A stretch of 64,000 nt of DNA from Lepidodermella squamata (lineage: Eukaryota > Animalia > Gastrotricha). The notes under the pieces are model-generated. The model was not told the DNA's origin and ran no database searches. It was given only the letters and a program-made list of their open reading frames with translations. The translations under genes and the position numbers were made by a program. This document shows positions 23,601 to 34,558 of this stretch, piece after piece. Where the stretch lies: assembly GCA_047495785.1 (NCBI GenBank), contig JBLDXI010000001.1, positions 4,402,001 through 4,466,000 of the forward strand, in the 5' to 3' direction. Numbering within the stretch: the stretch's first letter is position 1; each line of letters opens with the position of its first letter.

Positions 23601-26600
23601 CGATCTGGCGAATAAAATGCTGGTCGCGTCCGGGCTAACAGCCACCCTGTTGCCGGCGGACGGCGGGGTCATTCGAGCGGAACGGTTCCGCTTCGAGACC
23701 GGGCGCGAGTGCGTTCGCGTGTCAAGCTTAGTCGACGGGCACGTGTTCGCCGTCCACATCGGCAGCCCGGTCGCCCAGCCGCAGAACCCGGATTCCGTGT
23801 CCCATTTCGGGTCACTGACCGCGAATTTGCAAAACGGGGTCGTTCTAGCCGTTTCGGCGTATGGCAGTGATGGCGTTTGCGGCGACGCAGCGCCCTATGC
23901 GCCTAAGTCTTGCAACCCTGGCACCCTAGGGCCACCCGAGGGCCGGAGCACCCCGCCGCCGAGTTCGCCGGGTCAGACGAAGAAACGGACTAAGTCACCC
24001 GGCAAGTCACCCAGGACGAAAACTGCGGAGAAGGAGGCGCCGGTGCCTATGTCGGCTGCTCCTGTTGACCCGGGGCCTAGTGACCCAGAGCCCGGGCGCC
24101 CTGACTCAGGCACCGGGGATCCCACCCCGCAGTCACCCCTAACCCGGGCGCCCCTTAACCTCAGCTTCCCCAACGCGTTGACAGTGAACTTTTTCTATCA
24201 AAATGACGAAACTGGCCGTTCGTTAGTTACAGTCCGGCAGAGTTTCGAGAAAAGGCGCCACAGACCGGGCGGGGAGATTTCGCGTTTAGTCACCCCAGAC
24301 GGGTGTGCTGTGAGGTTTCTGGCCTCAGGCGAGACTCAGGTGTTATATCCTGATGGTTCAACCTGGTCGTCGGTTCCAATCATCACTCAGCCTTCAGCTG
24401 AGGAATTGGCAGCGGCTGAAGCTGCGGCGCAACAGGCATTGACTGAGACTTCGGGCTCTGAGCAGAGGAGCCGGGGAAAGAATGCGCCGAAACCGCCGCT
24501 TGGAGCCAGGGCGTCGAAGCCTGTATTGAATTCGAGCATGGCTATGCATAAGGAACCGGCGACGGCTAAACCGCCGGCTATTATCACCCACGTGACTGCG
24601 GATGGGTTGCTGAGCCGCTATAACAGCCTCGAAAATAGGTAAACATTAAGATTTAAATTTTCTGAAAAAATAAAATAATTTGATAATTAAATTCATCGAT
24701 AATTAATAATAAATATCCGTTGAGCATTTTTGCTCAATTGCTAAACCTGTGCTCAATTTGCTCAACGCGTGCCAAAGCAGTGCACAATTTGCGCTCAATT
24801 CGTGAACAACTAGAGCTTAACCAGAGGATGAATCATCAAAAAGTGCTCAAAATGTGCTCAAAATGTGCTTAACACGTCGTATGACACGCGTTGAGCACAC
24901 CAATAATTATTGAAAATATACCACGTCATTGATCAGTCAATTTCTGGTTCCGATATTAACCCGATACCAGTGGCGCAATCGATTCGATTGCAGGCCTTGA
25001 TTTTCAAAGTCACTGGTTCGATTCCCGGTCACGACCGATTTTTCATTGGTTTTTTGGTTTTTTTTTACTTTCCTTGAAATTATACTGGCAAATGGCAATA
25101 CTGCCGAATCCCGAAACTGGCCGTTTGTAAAAAAACGGCCAATGACGGCAGTGGTGCCTACTGCCAATACGGCAAAATAAAAAAAATCCACGCTAAATCG
25201 GTTTTTTGTGATTGATTTTCTAAGCGAACCAGTGGCGCAATCGATTCGATTGCAGGCCTCGATGTTCAAAGTCACTGGTTCGATTCCCCGCCCTGACGGA
25301 TTTTTATGAATTTCTCTGCAATTTAAAAAATTTGACTGCTCAACGAGTGCTTAAAGCGAAAATTGATGATTGCACAATGGGTGCGTAAACACTGCTCAAA
25401 GTGCTCAACGTTCGCTACTCGAATGCTTAATGAGTGCTCAATGACTGCGCAATGGCTGCTCAATGACTGCTCAATCGCCTAAAGGCTGCACAATGACTGC
25501 ACAACGAAATGCTTAACAGTGCACAATTATATTGAGCACGGGAAATAATTCTGCTCAACGAATGCTCAACGGATAAATAAAGTCGAGATTAAAAAAATAT
25601 CCTATCTAGCAAATTCAAAATTTAAAATGAAATAATTCACAATTCACAATTCAAAACTTCAAAATTTAAATTTTCAAAATTTAAATGTCCTTTTTTAATT
25701 TCACTGCAATTAATTTTTCAGATACACCGAAGTTCGTAGAAAATTAGCGACAATCGCGCGCACTGATGCGGCAACGGGTCAAAAATGGCTCTCGCGCGAG
25801 GATGGCGTCGAGCTGGTTTACGTGCCGCCAGGCGCTGCTGGCAACCCGCCGGGGGTCGCCACTCGTTGCGTCCTTTTCTCAGACGGCACCTGCACCACGT
25901 CACGTGTTGAAACTGTCATTTCTGAGCTTACGGGAGACGACGAGGATGTTCTTAGCTGGGTGCGCGTCGAGGCGCCTGCTTTCTCCACGGTCACGCTTGA
26001 TCGACTCCGCGGCGAGGCTCAGCTTGAATATGGCACCGAACCTACTACGGGCGCTGCTCAGGCCATAGTCACGTGCCTGCCTGACCGCACTTTCCAGGTA
26101 ATTAGGTGACTTAGATAATGAATTAGATAATAAATGAATTAAAAAAAAATGATTGGCTAAATTAAAAAAGGTGATCTCCTCAATATTTTGCAATGATTGC
26201 TAATTTCAAAAATATGTTGTTTATTAATTTTAATTCTTTCGATTTTTCCAGGTATTGCCAGCAGGTGGTGGCCGTCTTTTGGTAGACCGCCATGCCCGCA
26301 TGTTCTACTGGCCACGGCTTAGCCAGACTGCAGCGGTGCAACAGGCGTTGATGCGTAATCAGCTCAGCAATCAGCAATCAGCCGATGGCGGCGAAATGCC
26401 TCAGCAAGCCGAGCATGTCTACCTGTTCTGCCACAATGCGCCCACTGTGTTGCAGGCAGTCGACCCGGCGGGCAATTCTTTCTCAGTTTCACACGACGGC
26501 CGAGCTGCTGTTGTGTCGCGACAACAGCTGGAACAGCAACAAATGACAGGTAACGAATTTGAAAAAAAATAAAATTAAAATTTATCCTGACATTATTACT

Positions 26601-29187
26601 AACAAATTTCAAAGTCGAATTTTTTCACCATTGAAATTTTGATTTCATTTCGAATTTTTGAAATTAAAATTGAACAATTTAATAAATTCATTGATATGTA
26701 GTTCCAAATTTTTTTATTTTCCCGGAAATTTGATTACCTTTGTTAGCTGAATGCTGATATTATTCCTTAAATTTAGATTCTAACCGGGTAAAGCGAACAC
26801 CCGCCCGAAATCGGCTCGAAGAACAAGCCGGCGATGAGTTGCACTCGCCTCGATATTTCGTCGTTGCCCCGTCCACTTCGGCCGGAGTCGCCGGCGGTTG
26901 GGAACTCAAGCGGTACCGAGGTGATGTTGGCGCTTCTATCGTATCGGCTGAACGGGATTCGCGCTGCCACGTTACGAGGCGACCAATTGACGACGAACCC
27001 CGTGCTAGTGCACTCACCCTACTTCGCCCGTAAGTCTTCAATTTCTTTTTTTCCGAAAATAAATTGAACTTTTTTAAATATTATTGAAATTGCGAAAATT
27101 ATTGCGTGATCGTAAGTTAATCTAAACATTGAGATTTTCAAAAATATATCCATTTTAAAATTAAATTTTTTTTTAATTTTCAAATTGAAATTATCTCATT
27201 TCATAAATTTTTTCGGAATTTTGCATAGATTTGCGCAACTGCCCACCGAAAAATGGATTGGTACGAAATGCGTGGTTCAAGACTTGGCGCCACCTGCCCT
27301 CCACCCAGTCGGCTGGTATGTCCCAAGGTCGAACGGCTCCAGCGGCCCTAAGAACCAAACGCCTAAAATCGAAGTGCGCCGCATGTTCCAACTGCCGCCG
27401 TTCACCGACCCATTACGCGACGTAGTAGTCGAGGCGATGCGAGGCTACGTCGAGTCGGTGGTTGAGGCGAACACGGCGAGGCGGAACCTGACCCCGTTCG
27501 ACCCGCGCTCTGACGAGGAATTGATGGCTTCGGAGATTCTGCTGGCGAGGTTCGCGCAGTTGGGCTCGCCACGCTCGGGCGACGAGGCTGATGCGCGGGT
27601 TATGGCGGAACTCGACGCACTCGGCTCACCTCTAAGCACTTTCCGGTGAGTCTATTTCAAAAATTATAAACTTGGAATGCAACAATAATTTGTCAGCCAA
27701 TAAAAATAATTCCGTTTTTGAGAACTTTATCGGGATTTTTTTAAAATTACCGAAAACGTTACCAATCCGAATTTTCCAGAGAAAAACTGATTCTTCTCAA
27801 AACTATCCATTTCCTTGTCCAATTGCTATTAATATCGGTCATTTGAGAATTATTCATAAATTCGGCAAAAAAACCGATAATTACCGAACCGTTGTGATCG
27901 GGTTTTCCGGGTTTTACCTGCTAAATTTCGAAATTCCAAAATACAGTCGGGGACGAGATATTAGAGAGGTCTGGAGTTTTATTTAAAATCCCTCAATTTC
28001 TTCAATTTAAGAAATGATTCTCAAATTATGGGACAGACATTAAAATTCCGAAGAATGATCTGAAAATTTGAAAATTTGTTCGAAAATTGGAAAATGGCCA
28101 ACTCTCTGGATTTCGGATTTCGCTAGCTTTTCATGGCCATTTCCCCCCTAAAATCTGTTTTTCACGCCGTTTATTCAGCTTGAAACAACATTTTACGCGT
28201 ATCTTAGATACAACCAGGCGCCTTAATATCGATTTTACGCTGTTTTTCTTTGCTTCAAACAGGAATATGCCAACGATCAAGCACGAACAGCGTCGAGTCG
28301 AGCGATTACAAGCCGACGAAGACCGAAAGGCGTACCGAAGCGGCTGCAAAATGTCGTACTTCCGCACGGAATTTGCCCACAAATTCCTGAAAGCCCAAGC
28401 GCCGAACCTTGAAGACCTATTCGCGCCAATGCACAGCAACCAGGACAATTTCGAGGAGCAATTCGCGGCGCTAACCGAAAATCCACCGCCTTCTCAAAAT
28501 TTCGTCGTCCCCGAAGAACCTATCGAGCAACAACGGCCGAGAGCTGCCACGCCGTCCCAGCGGCGCAAGGTCGCCGATGTTTTGGTTCTGAACCCGCAAA
28601 ACCAGTCTAATGTAGCGTCATTACCGCCTGTTACCAAATCGCCGGTATTTTTACCGAACGTGTTATTAGTCCTACCCGGTAGCGGGGTTGATTTCGGCGA
28701 AATCCCAGAGGGCCAGGCTGTTACGAAGCAATTCGTGCTGAAAAACGCGGGTCAGCGGCCGTTGCGCTTCACCATCAAAGAACCACTACCCGATTTCGGG
28801 ATTTTTCTCCGCTACGAACACGGCCCGATCGCGCCGGGTATGAAACGGGCCGTTTCGGTATTTTTGAAGCGCTCCGTCCACTCGGCGATGCCTAGTAACA
28901 ACGCGGTTGAAATTCCGATCCGTTACGACGGCGGTTCCTTGCTGGTACCAGTGCGGTTCCGGGAGGTCAAGGCGGTTCCAGCGCACGCCCGGCACCAGGC
29001 CTTGTTACGCAACGGCCTGCTGATGTCGATGGGTTCGGATGGCGATGAAATGATGACGGAAATGTTTGACCGCAGCGGGAATAATCAAGTGCCTAATGAA
29101 GCGGAACAGGGTGATCAGGTCGTTCGGCCGAGACCGCCTAGCTACCCGCGTAAAAACTCGCCGCAACAGCAAGTGGCGTCGAATTGA
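17664..29187 (+). CDS. SPAG17: Sperm-associated antigen 17 / PF6 homologue (axonemal central-pair C1a projection protein), 14 exons, ~2147 aa
   Basis: Exons 17664-17759, 17811-17951, 18004-18198, 18453-18954, 19011-19116, 19170-19909, 19976-20158, 20382-21169, 23215-24638, 25722-26097, 26252-26549, 26777-27029, 27229-27645, 28263-29187 join in frame (6444 nt). Recognised motifs: TKLVKRGEEE...[66 protein letters not shown], and a C-terminal PapD/ASH-like domain (VDFGEI...LKNAG...GPIAPGMK). Confidence 0.93.
21318..21580 (+). repeat. Dispersed intronic repeat family, long copy (homologous to 4230-4500)
   Basis: Colinear similarity to 4230-4500, including TCTGGCCATGAGATG, TTTTAGAGTTTCTGA, GTGTATTTTCTTTGC and G(G/A)CACGCT. 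Confidence 0.8.
21988..22020. repeat. Short (CCTAA/CCCA)n telomere-like microsatellite
   Basis: TAACCTAACCTAACCCACCTAACCTAACCCACC, ~75 nt upstream of the nested PAN-like gene 4. Confidence 0.8.
22094..22363 (+). CDS. Small secreted PAN/apple-like protein 4 (89 aa, intronless), nested sense in SPAG17 intron 8
   Basis: Signal MAITVRIIIFLAVGVALSYCA; domain GGC...VKSYEECWTRCQSKGCQGFSLKWGTCTAFKNC with 6 Cys and the PAN-type S-x-EEC-x3-C-x4-C-x-GF...C pattern. GC-richer than the flanking intron (21170-23214). Confidence 0.8.
   Translation: MAITVRIIIFLAVGVALSYCAAVFTQLQGGCTGYVGSFQVKSYEECWTRCQSKGCQGFSLKWGTCTAFKNCGASVVIDSANPGPFYAHS
24966..25035 (+). repeat. tRNA-derived (SINE-head-like) unit 1 with Pol III A and B boxes
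   Basis: A box TGGCGCAATCG, B box GGTTCGATTCC; near-identical direct repeat at 25229-25295; no intact cloverleaf seen. Confidence 0.65.
25229..25295 (+). repeat. tRNA-derived (SINE-head-like) unit 2
   Basis: CCAGTGGCGCAATCGATTCGATTGCAGGCCTCGATGTTCAAAGTCACTGGTTCGATTCCC, a copy of unit 1. Confidence 0.65.
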
Positions 29188-30014
29188 TATTATTTTTATT
29201 ACTATTATAGCGCACTGTGATACCTTGCAGTAAAATACCCGATTTTATTGTTTTGACTATTATGCATATTTCACCACTTTTTAAGATCTCTTTACTCTGC
29301 TATGTCAACTATTTAAAAATTGTCAAAAATATGGAAGAATAAATGAATGAAATCTGAAATTTTTTTGGAGTTATCGAAATTTGATTCGGGTATTTTCGGT
29401 ATTTTGAGATGGTATATTACGGTACCAGTAGCAGTTTCGACGCACTATGTACTACGACGAAAGTGCGACGTACTGTGACACAACTACGACGCTAAAAAAC
29501 TATGACACAACTAGAGTTTAATTAGCCTATGTCCCATATTTTGACTAATCTTGGGTAGCAGAGATGTTTCTAGATAGCCCGTAACAGGTTCCCCAGGTTG
29601 GACGGGTCTAGATCGTCTGGATGTCACCAGTTCGCAAAGGAGGTCCAAAACTGCAAATGTCGCATTTTTCAGAAAAATTGGGGGCCCTTCCGGATAACCC
29701 GGGCGCCCAGGCGGAGCACCTGGCCTGCCATCACCATATAGCGTTAGCTAGCCCGAGAACTATTATCGAAATTCCTACAAATTAGGATTGCGTATAAAAA
29801 GGGTTTATAGCTCTATTTTCTCAGGGGATAGCATAGCTTAGTAGGTCGTTCCATAGACACCTATAAATGGGCCTATAAATATATGGGTCCGCCGATAAAC
29901 TCCCGCCAGCTGCAAACCATTTTTCAAGTCTTCTCTCAGATGATTGCAGGATGAATGCTTCTAAATTTGTCAAGAACTACAGTCAGAAATCGCAAGTCGT
30001 GTGTTATTTTAAGT

Positions 30015-30345
30015 CATTTTAACGGGAAAAACTGTTTACATCCGACCACTGTCTTCTTTTATCCGACCAAAATGTCTTATCTCATCCGACAACTAAAAAT
30101 GTGACTAAAACCTGCCGACTTGCTTTTTCATATTTTCAAAAAATTACAGTTAAAAAGTGACTACTCGGATCGCCATAATTCTTTCACCAAAAATTATTCC
30201 GGTTCAGGGGCCAAAATAGGGTGCATAATGGGGGTGTGCCCCTACGGAAAAATCGATAGTTTCATGTCATCGGATGATTTTAGTCGCATTTTCGGATAAA
30301 AAAACACATTGGACGGATGAAAAAAGTCACACCCATTTTAACACT
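30015..30345. mobile_element. Degenerate MITE-like inverted-repeat element
   Basis: Three ATCCGA units on the left (30050-30090) mirror three CGGAT units on the right (30270-30320); the arms align imperfectly over ~70 nt. Confidence 0.55.
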
Positions 30346-30808
30346 GCAAGGTTTCGGTGAAAATTTCCTGGAAAAGTACCTTATCCGACCAGGAAAAACC
30401 CCAGAAAAAGCGCCTGCTGGTTTTGATCCCGGATCGGATTTGGGGGTCCGGGTTTGGGATTCCGAAGTCCGGTTGGTTCGGATCGGGTCCAAAATTTCAG
30501 ACCCCAGGATAACTCTGGTTCATAGTCAACTATAGTCAACTTGAGGCTGTGCCCAGGTGGGCCCTGCGCTCGAATTCTATTGGAAAGGTTTTCAGTTGAC
30601 CACGTCATTAAATCCTGATTTTAATCCCGGAATGTAATATTTTTTAAACACGATTATCACGAAATTATCACCAAAGACAAGATAAGAGTCCTTCCTTGGA
30701 AAAAACAGGAACAGAAGATTACAGATTTTGGGGCAGTGTATTAAGAGGCATCTCAAGGTTTGCGATGAAGCTTTTTGAGGTGGTTATTTCTTATAAGTAA
30801 TTCTAATT

Positions 30809-31423
30809 ATGTGGAAATGGACCGGAGTATATAACTGGTTCGTCTGCGCCTGGCTGCTTGTTGTCCCCGTTGTCAATGGCGAGGCAGCACCGGAATCGAC
30901 GCACATCAAGCAGATGACGCAGGAGGAGTTGAAGGACACAGGCTTTGTCGGCATAAAGTTAAAAGAGCTCGATGGTTATCTCGCGGATGCGGTGAAATTA
31001 CCTGATGAGGCGGTTCACGATAGGCTGATGCAGGTCCAATTTTGCGTTAAGGATATCAAACAGCGACTGTTTCACCTCGAGAGCAAGCTTACTCGCCATA
31101 AGACGCAAATGAAAGAATCTGAGAGGTACTACAATGTCATTGGAGCAGGGGTAGCAACTGCCAGCGTTGCCGCTGCTTTCTTCATAAATCCTGCGCTTGG
31201 AGTGCTGGCTAAAGGCGCAACTGCTGGCATTGGTGTTATCGCTGGTGCGCTGGTTGCGGGTGATGCGGAAAATCGCATCGCTGAGGGTTCGAAAAGCCTT
31301 GACACCGCCCTTATCGAGGTTGGTATGGCAGTGAGACGTCTTGCAGAGAAAGAGAAAGCTTTGGTGAAATTGTGGGATGAACACGAACGCGAAATGGTTG
31401 CTAAAAGCCGCAGACCAGGGTGA
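30809..31423 (+). CDS. Intronless secreted protein (204 aa): signal peptide, coiled coil, Gly/Ala-rich hydrophobic hairpin, coiled coil
   Basis: Single ORF with coding-like composition; signal ending ...LLVVPVVNG-E; heptad-like helices; ~45-aa segment VIGAGVATASVAAAFFINPALGVLAKGATAGIGVIAGALVAG; AATAAA at ~31551. The family is not recognised with certainty. Confidence 0.8.
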   Translation: MWKWTGVYNWFVCAWLLVVPVVNGEAAPESTHIKQMTQEELKDTGFVGIKLKELDGYLADAVKLPDEAVHDRLMQVQFCVKDIKQRLFHLESKLTRHKTQMKESERYYNVIGAGVATASVAAAFFINPALGVLAKGATAGIGVIAGALVAGDAENRIAEGSKSLDTALIEVGMAVRRLAEKEKALVKLWDEHEREMVAKSRRPG

Positions 31424-32413
31424 TCAGCCCTACAGAAATCTACGTGTAGCGAAAGGCACGGTTACGTGGGATCTACATCATTCCATCGAACTAATACTAT
31501 AATTTCTTTCATCATCGTACCACTTAAAACGCCGAAAATATAAACATTAAAATAAATTACACCATAGGAAAACCATTTTGTTGTATTATTTGATTGCCGA
31601 AATGCCAGAGAATTGAATTGAAACGCAACTAGCAATGAGTTTTTGGAAGAACATGGATTTTTTGAGAAAAATTGATGAAAATAGGCAATTCTGGAGTGTA
31701 TTGAGGATGGTATGAAGTGATTTTCAAAATATTCAAATTAATTGAGCCATATTTTACATGGTGGGTATATTTGCCGACTGCGGCCGGAGAGCTGTCTTTG
31801 GGTATTATCGAAGTATTGCTGCTGCTGATGTACCACTTTAAACACGCTCTTAAGTCGTTTGTGAATACGGCTTGCTATAGTCATTGTTTAGCTCGCTGTA
31901 TCAAGTGCCGAGTGCCGAGGTATTCCGCCGGTTTTAGTCGTTAATTATCCAAATTATCCCATCTGTTTAGTGCTTCGGCAGTTGGCTAAGAACGAAATGA
32001 TGGCCAGCGATAAAGCCTCGAGTTCATGCTATGGATATTATATGCTCGGATCGGTGGAACCGAAGATCAGTGAGTCATGATTCATGATCCTGCCAGCGAG
32101 TGCGGGTTTCAAAGCCGATGGGGCACGCCGCAAAAGCGAAAAGCAATAGGTCAACAACTCAAGGCATATATGTCACATAGTTCGTGAGAAAAGACATTTT
32201 CAGTTTCCGATTTACAAATTCGGAATTTTTTTTATTAAATCTTCATTATCCAAGAAGAATTTAGGATCAAAGCAAATAAAATTACCGTTGTACCCAGCCA
32301 ATTTTTTTGAATAATTTTAATGACTGGCTTGTTTGACACCGCCGTAATAGTCGTAGGTAATATTTGTTTAACAAATGGCGGTAATTTTTTACGCAATTTC
32401 CGCCGAGTTGAGG

Positions 32414-32522
32414 CAGCTGGGTAATGAAATAGCCGCCGAGATGATGTGATGACTAATACACCGCAGTCGGGACCCCTATTAGAGCACCCTATAAAAAAGG
32501 CCCGTGCGCCCGCTTGTTCATT
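32414..32522 (+). promoter_or_regulatory. Core promoter of PAN-like gene 3 (homologous to copies 1 and 2)
   Basis: CAGCTG 32414-32419, AGCACCCTATAAAAAAGG with TATA at 32490, CGCCCGCTTG.TCATTAT with Inr-like TCATT at 32518. Confidence 0.7.
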
Positions 32523-32568
32523 ATCTTAGTAAAGTATATTTTCTTCGCGATATAAAACTTTTAAAACC

Positions 32569-33336
32569 ATGTCTAGCCACGTTATCGTCTTAGCTCTGAT
32601 GAGCATAGCTTTCGCAAATTTCGGTAAAATTTATTGGCAGCTCTGCCGCAACGCGGGGAAACTATAGACAGGGTAACGTAGGACTCTACAGGATTTTCTT
32701 GCACGAAACTATTCATTACATTTCGTTTATCATTTAAATCGTCGGGGTAATTTATATGCAGAATTCAAAATTAGAAAAACTATTTTTTTGATCTTCGGCA
32801 AAATTCGACACAAAAACTGGGTGAAAAAACGTAGCGAAAATATTTTTGGATATCCACAAAATCAATCCAGTTAGATTACTGGAAATTACAACAGGAATCA
32901 CCTCTTGTTGGTTCAAATTTCAACAGCCTTTTCACCTACAAAAAACACTCATTGGTCCGGTCAAACGTTACGACGCGTTGCGGTACATGTGCACAGCCAA
33001 ACAATTTTTCTCGATATTCCAATTAATTTTTATCCTTTATTTTTTATGTTAGCCACCTGCCAGTACTCAATAGCTCCTGCTACATGCGATGCTGCGGGAT
33101 TTCTTTCCAAGAGCAACGGAGATACAATCATGGGCTGCACTGATAAGTGCACGAAAAACGTGAAATGCAACGCCTTCTCGTTTAGCAGCTCCGGCAACAT
33201 CGGTTGGGGAAGCAAGACAGGAACCTGCACCTTGCAACAGTCGTGTGCAATGACATCGGGACCAACTTCGGGCGCGACTGTCTACTTTAAAAAGGCATAC
33301 TTTGACCAACTTATTAAGAAAGCAGGCAAAGCATAA
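32569..33336 (+). CDS. Small secreted PAN/apple-like Cys-rich protein 3 (112 aa), intergenic
   Basis: Exons 32569-32623 and 33053-33336. Signal MSSHVIVLALMSIAFANFATC; CTDKCTKNVKCNAFSF...TCTLQQSC...YFKKAYFDQ. Same phase-1 intron position as copies 1 and 2; homologous 3'UTR. Confidence 0.85.
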
Positions 33337-33568
33337 ATCAGCTCTGGCCGATCACTACGCCGCTGAACGGACACATCATCATATTTATTAAATTAATATA
33401 AGGTGGATTTTGGTGTGAATTTTCCGCATAATTTTAGTTACAAGGTGCAGGTGATGAAATTTTTAATAAAATTGTAGGGTTCGGGTAGAAACCGCTGAGA
33501 TGAGTGATGGCGACCAGAATAAATGTCAAAAGTGATGGGTAATTGTTACCCGTTTAAATTCGTGGTCA

Positions 33569-34290
33569 GACTTTTCAGCAGTGACATTTCAGCAAATAAG
33601 GGTCAAATCAGCAGTGACTTTTCATCAGTGAAACCTTGTCAGTTAAACATTCATAAACATCAATTTTTAGTGTTAATTTATAAATAATCCTTGACGACAA
33701 TTGAGCAGTGACATTTCAGCAGCGACAAATGAGCAAGTGACACTTCATAAATTTTTATTTATTAATCTCGGGCATTGAACTTGCACTTTCTGAGCTCAAG
33801 TTTAATACAGCGCCTAGTCCCCCTGCTGAATACGGCTGAAATTCTGTTGATGAAATGTCTCCGCTGAAATGTCACTGCTCTAATGTCGCTGAGATAAAAA
33901 TACTGTATACGACGTAATTTTCGACCGTGGTAAATTTTCGTTGTGGCTCAAATTTTCGTTGCTTTTCTGGAAAACAACGAAAATTTGAACCACGAAAATT
34001 TAAACCCCAAGGTTCCATTCCCCACTTCCAGCTAAACCAACGAAAATTAAAACCACGAAAATTTATGTACAGGCGCCAAAACGGGAAAAACGAAAATAAA
34101 AACCAACGAAAATTACGTCGTATACAGTAATGCATTTGAAAAATATAGGATAAATAAACAAAAGTCACTGCTAACTTGCCATTGATGATTTGTCACTGCG
34201 CAAATGTCACAGCTCAAATGTCGCTGCTAATTTGTCACTGATGACTGATGATTTGACCCTTATTTGCTGAAATGTCACTGCTGAAAAGTC
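33569..34290. mobile_element. MITE with long TIRs, host of a nested element
   Basis: 42-bp perfect inverted repeat GACTTTTCAGCAGTGACATTTCAGCAAATAAGGGTCAAATCA at both ends; internal CAGCAGTGAC/GTCACTGC repeats; the true outer ends may extend slightly further. Confidence 0.85.
33903..34127. mobile_element. Tc1/mariner/pogo-type MITE nested in the previous element
   Basis: TA|CTGTATACGACGTAATTTTCG ... CGAAAATTACGTCGTATACAG|TA: 21-bp perfect TIR with TA target duplication. Confidence 0.9.
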
Positions 34291-34558
34291 GTACAACTGT
34301 TTCAATTATGACCCGAGGCGTACCAACACTAAAAATGTCATGCTTTTATTGATCCCTTCAAAATGTTGTTAATTGATAGAATATTCAATACAGTAAGTTG
34401 CAAAGAATTGAAAAAGGGGAATGTTTTCGCTCGGTATTCAAAAGCGTGGAAATGATTGATAGCAGATACTACTACTTTTTCATAGGTATTCAAAATAAGA
34501 CACACGTGGCCGGTGATTTTTTCGTGATAGATGATAAAGGAAAGAAGTATATTTTTTA

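Larger units (their letters stand above)
24714..25575. mobile_element. Non-autonomous TIR element (~860 bp) in SPAG17 intron 9 carrying two tRNA-like units
   Basis: 15-bp perfect TIR TATCCGTTGAGCATT / AATGCTCAACGGATA, flanked on both sides by AATAAA (possible 6-bp TSD; a TA TSD is an alternative reading). Many subterminal TGCTCAA repeats. Confidence 0.85.

Noticed and set aside
24966-25295. Functional tRNA genes
   Set aside because: A and B boxes are present but acceptor and anticodon stems do not pair convincingly; recorded as tRNA-derived repeats.
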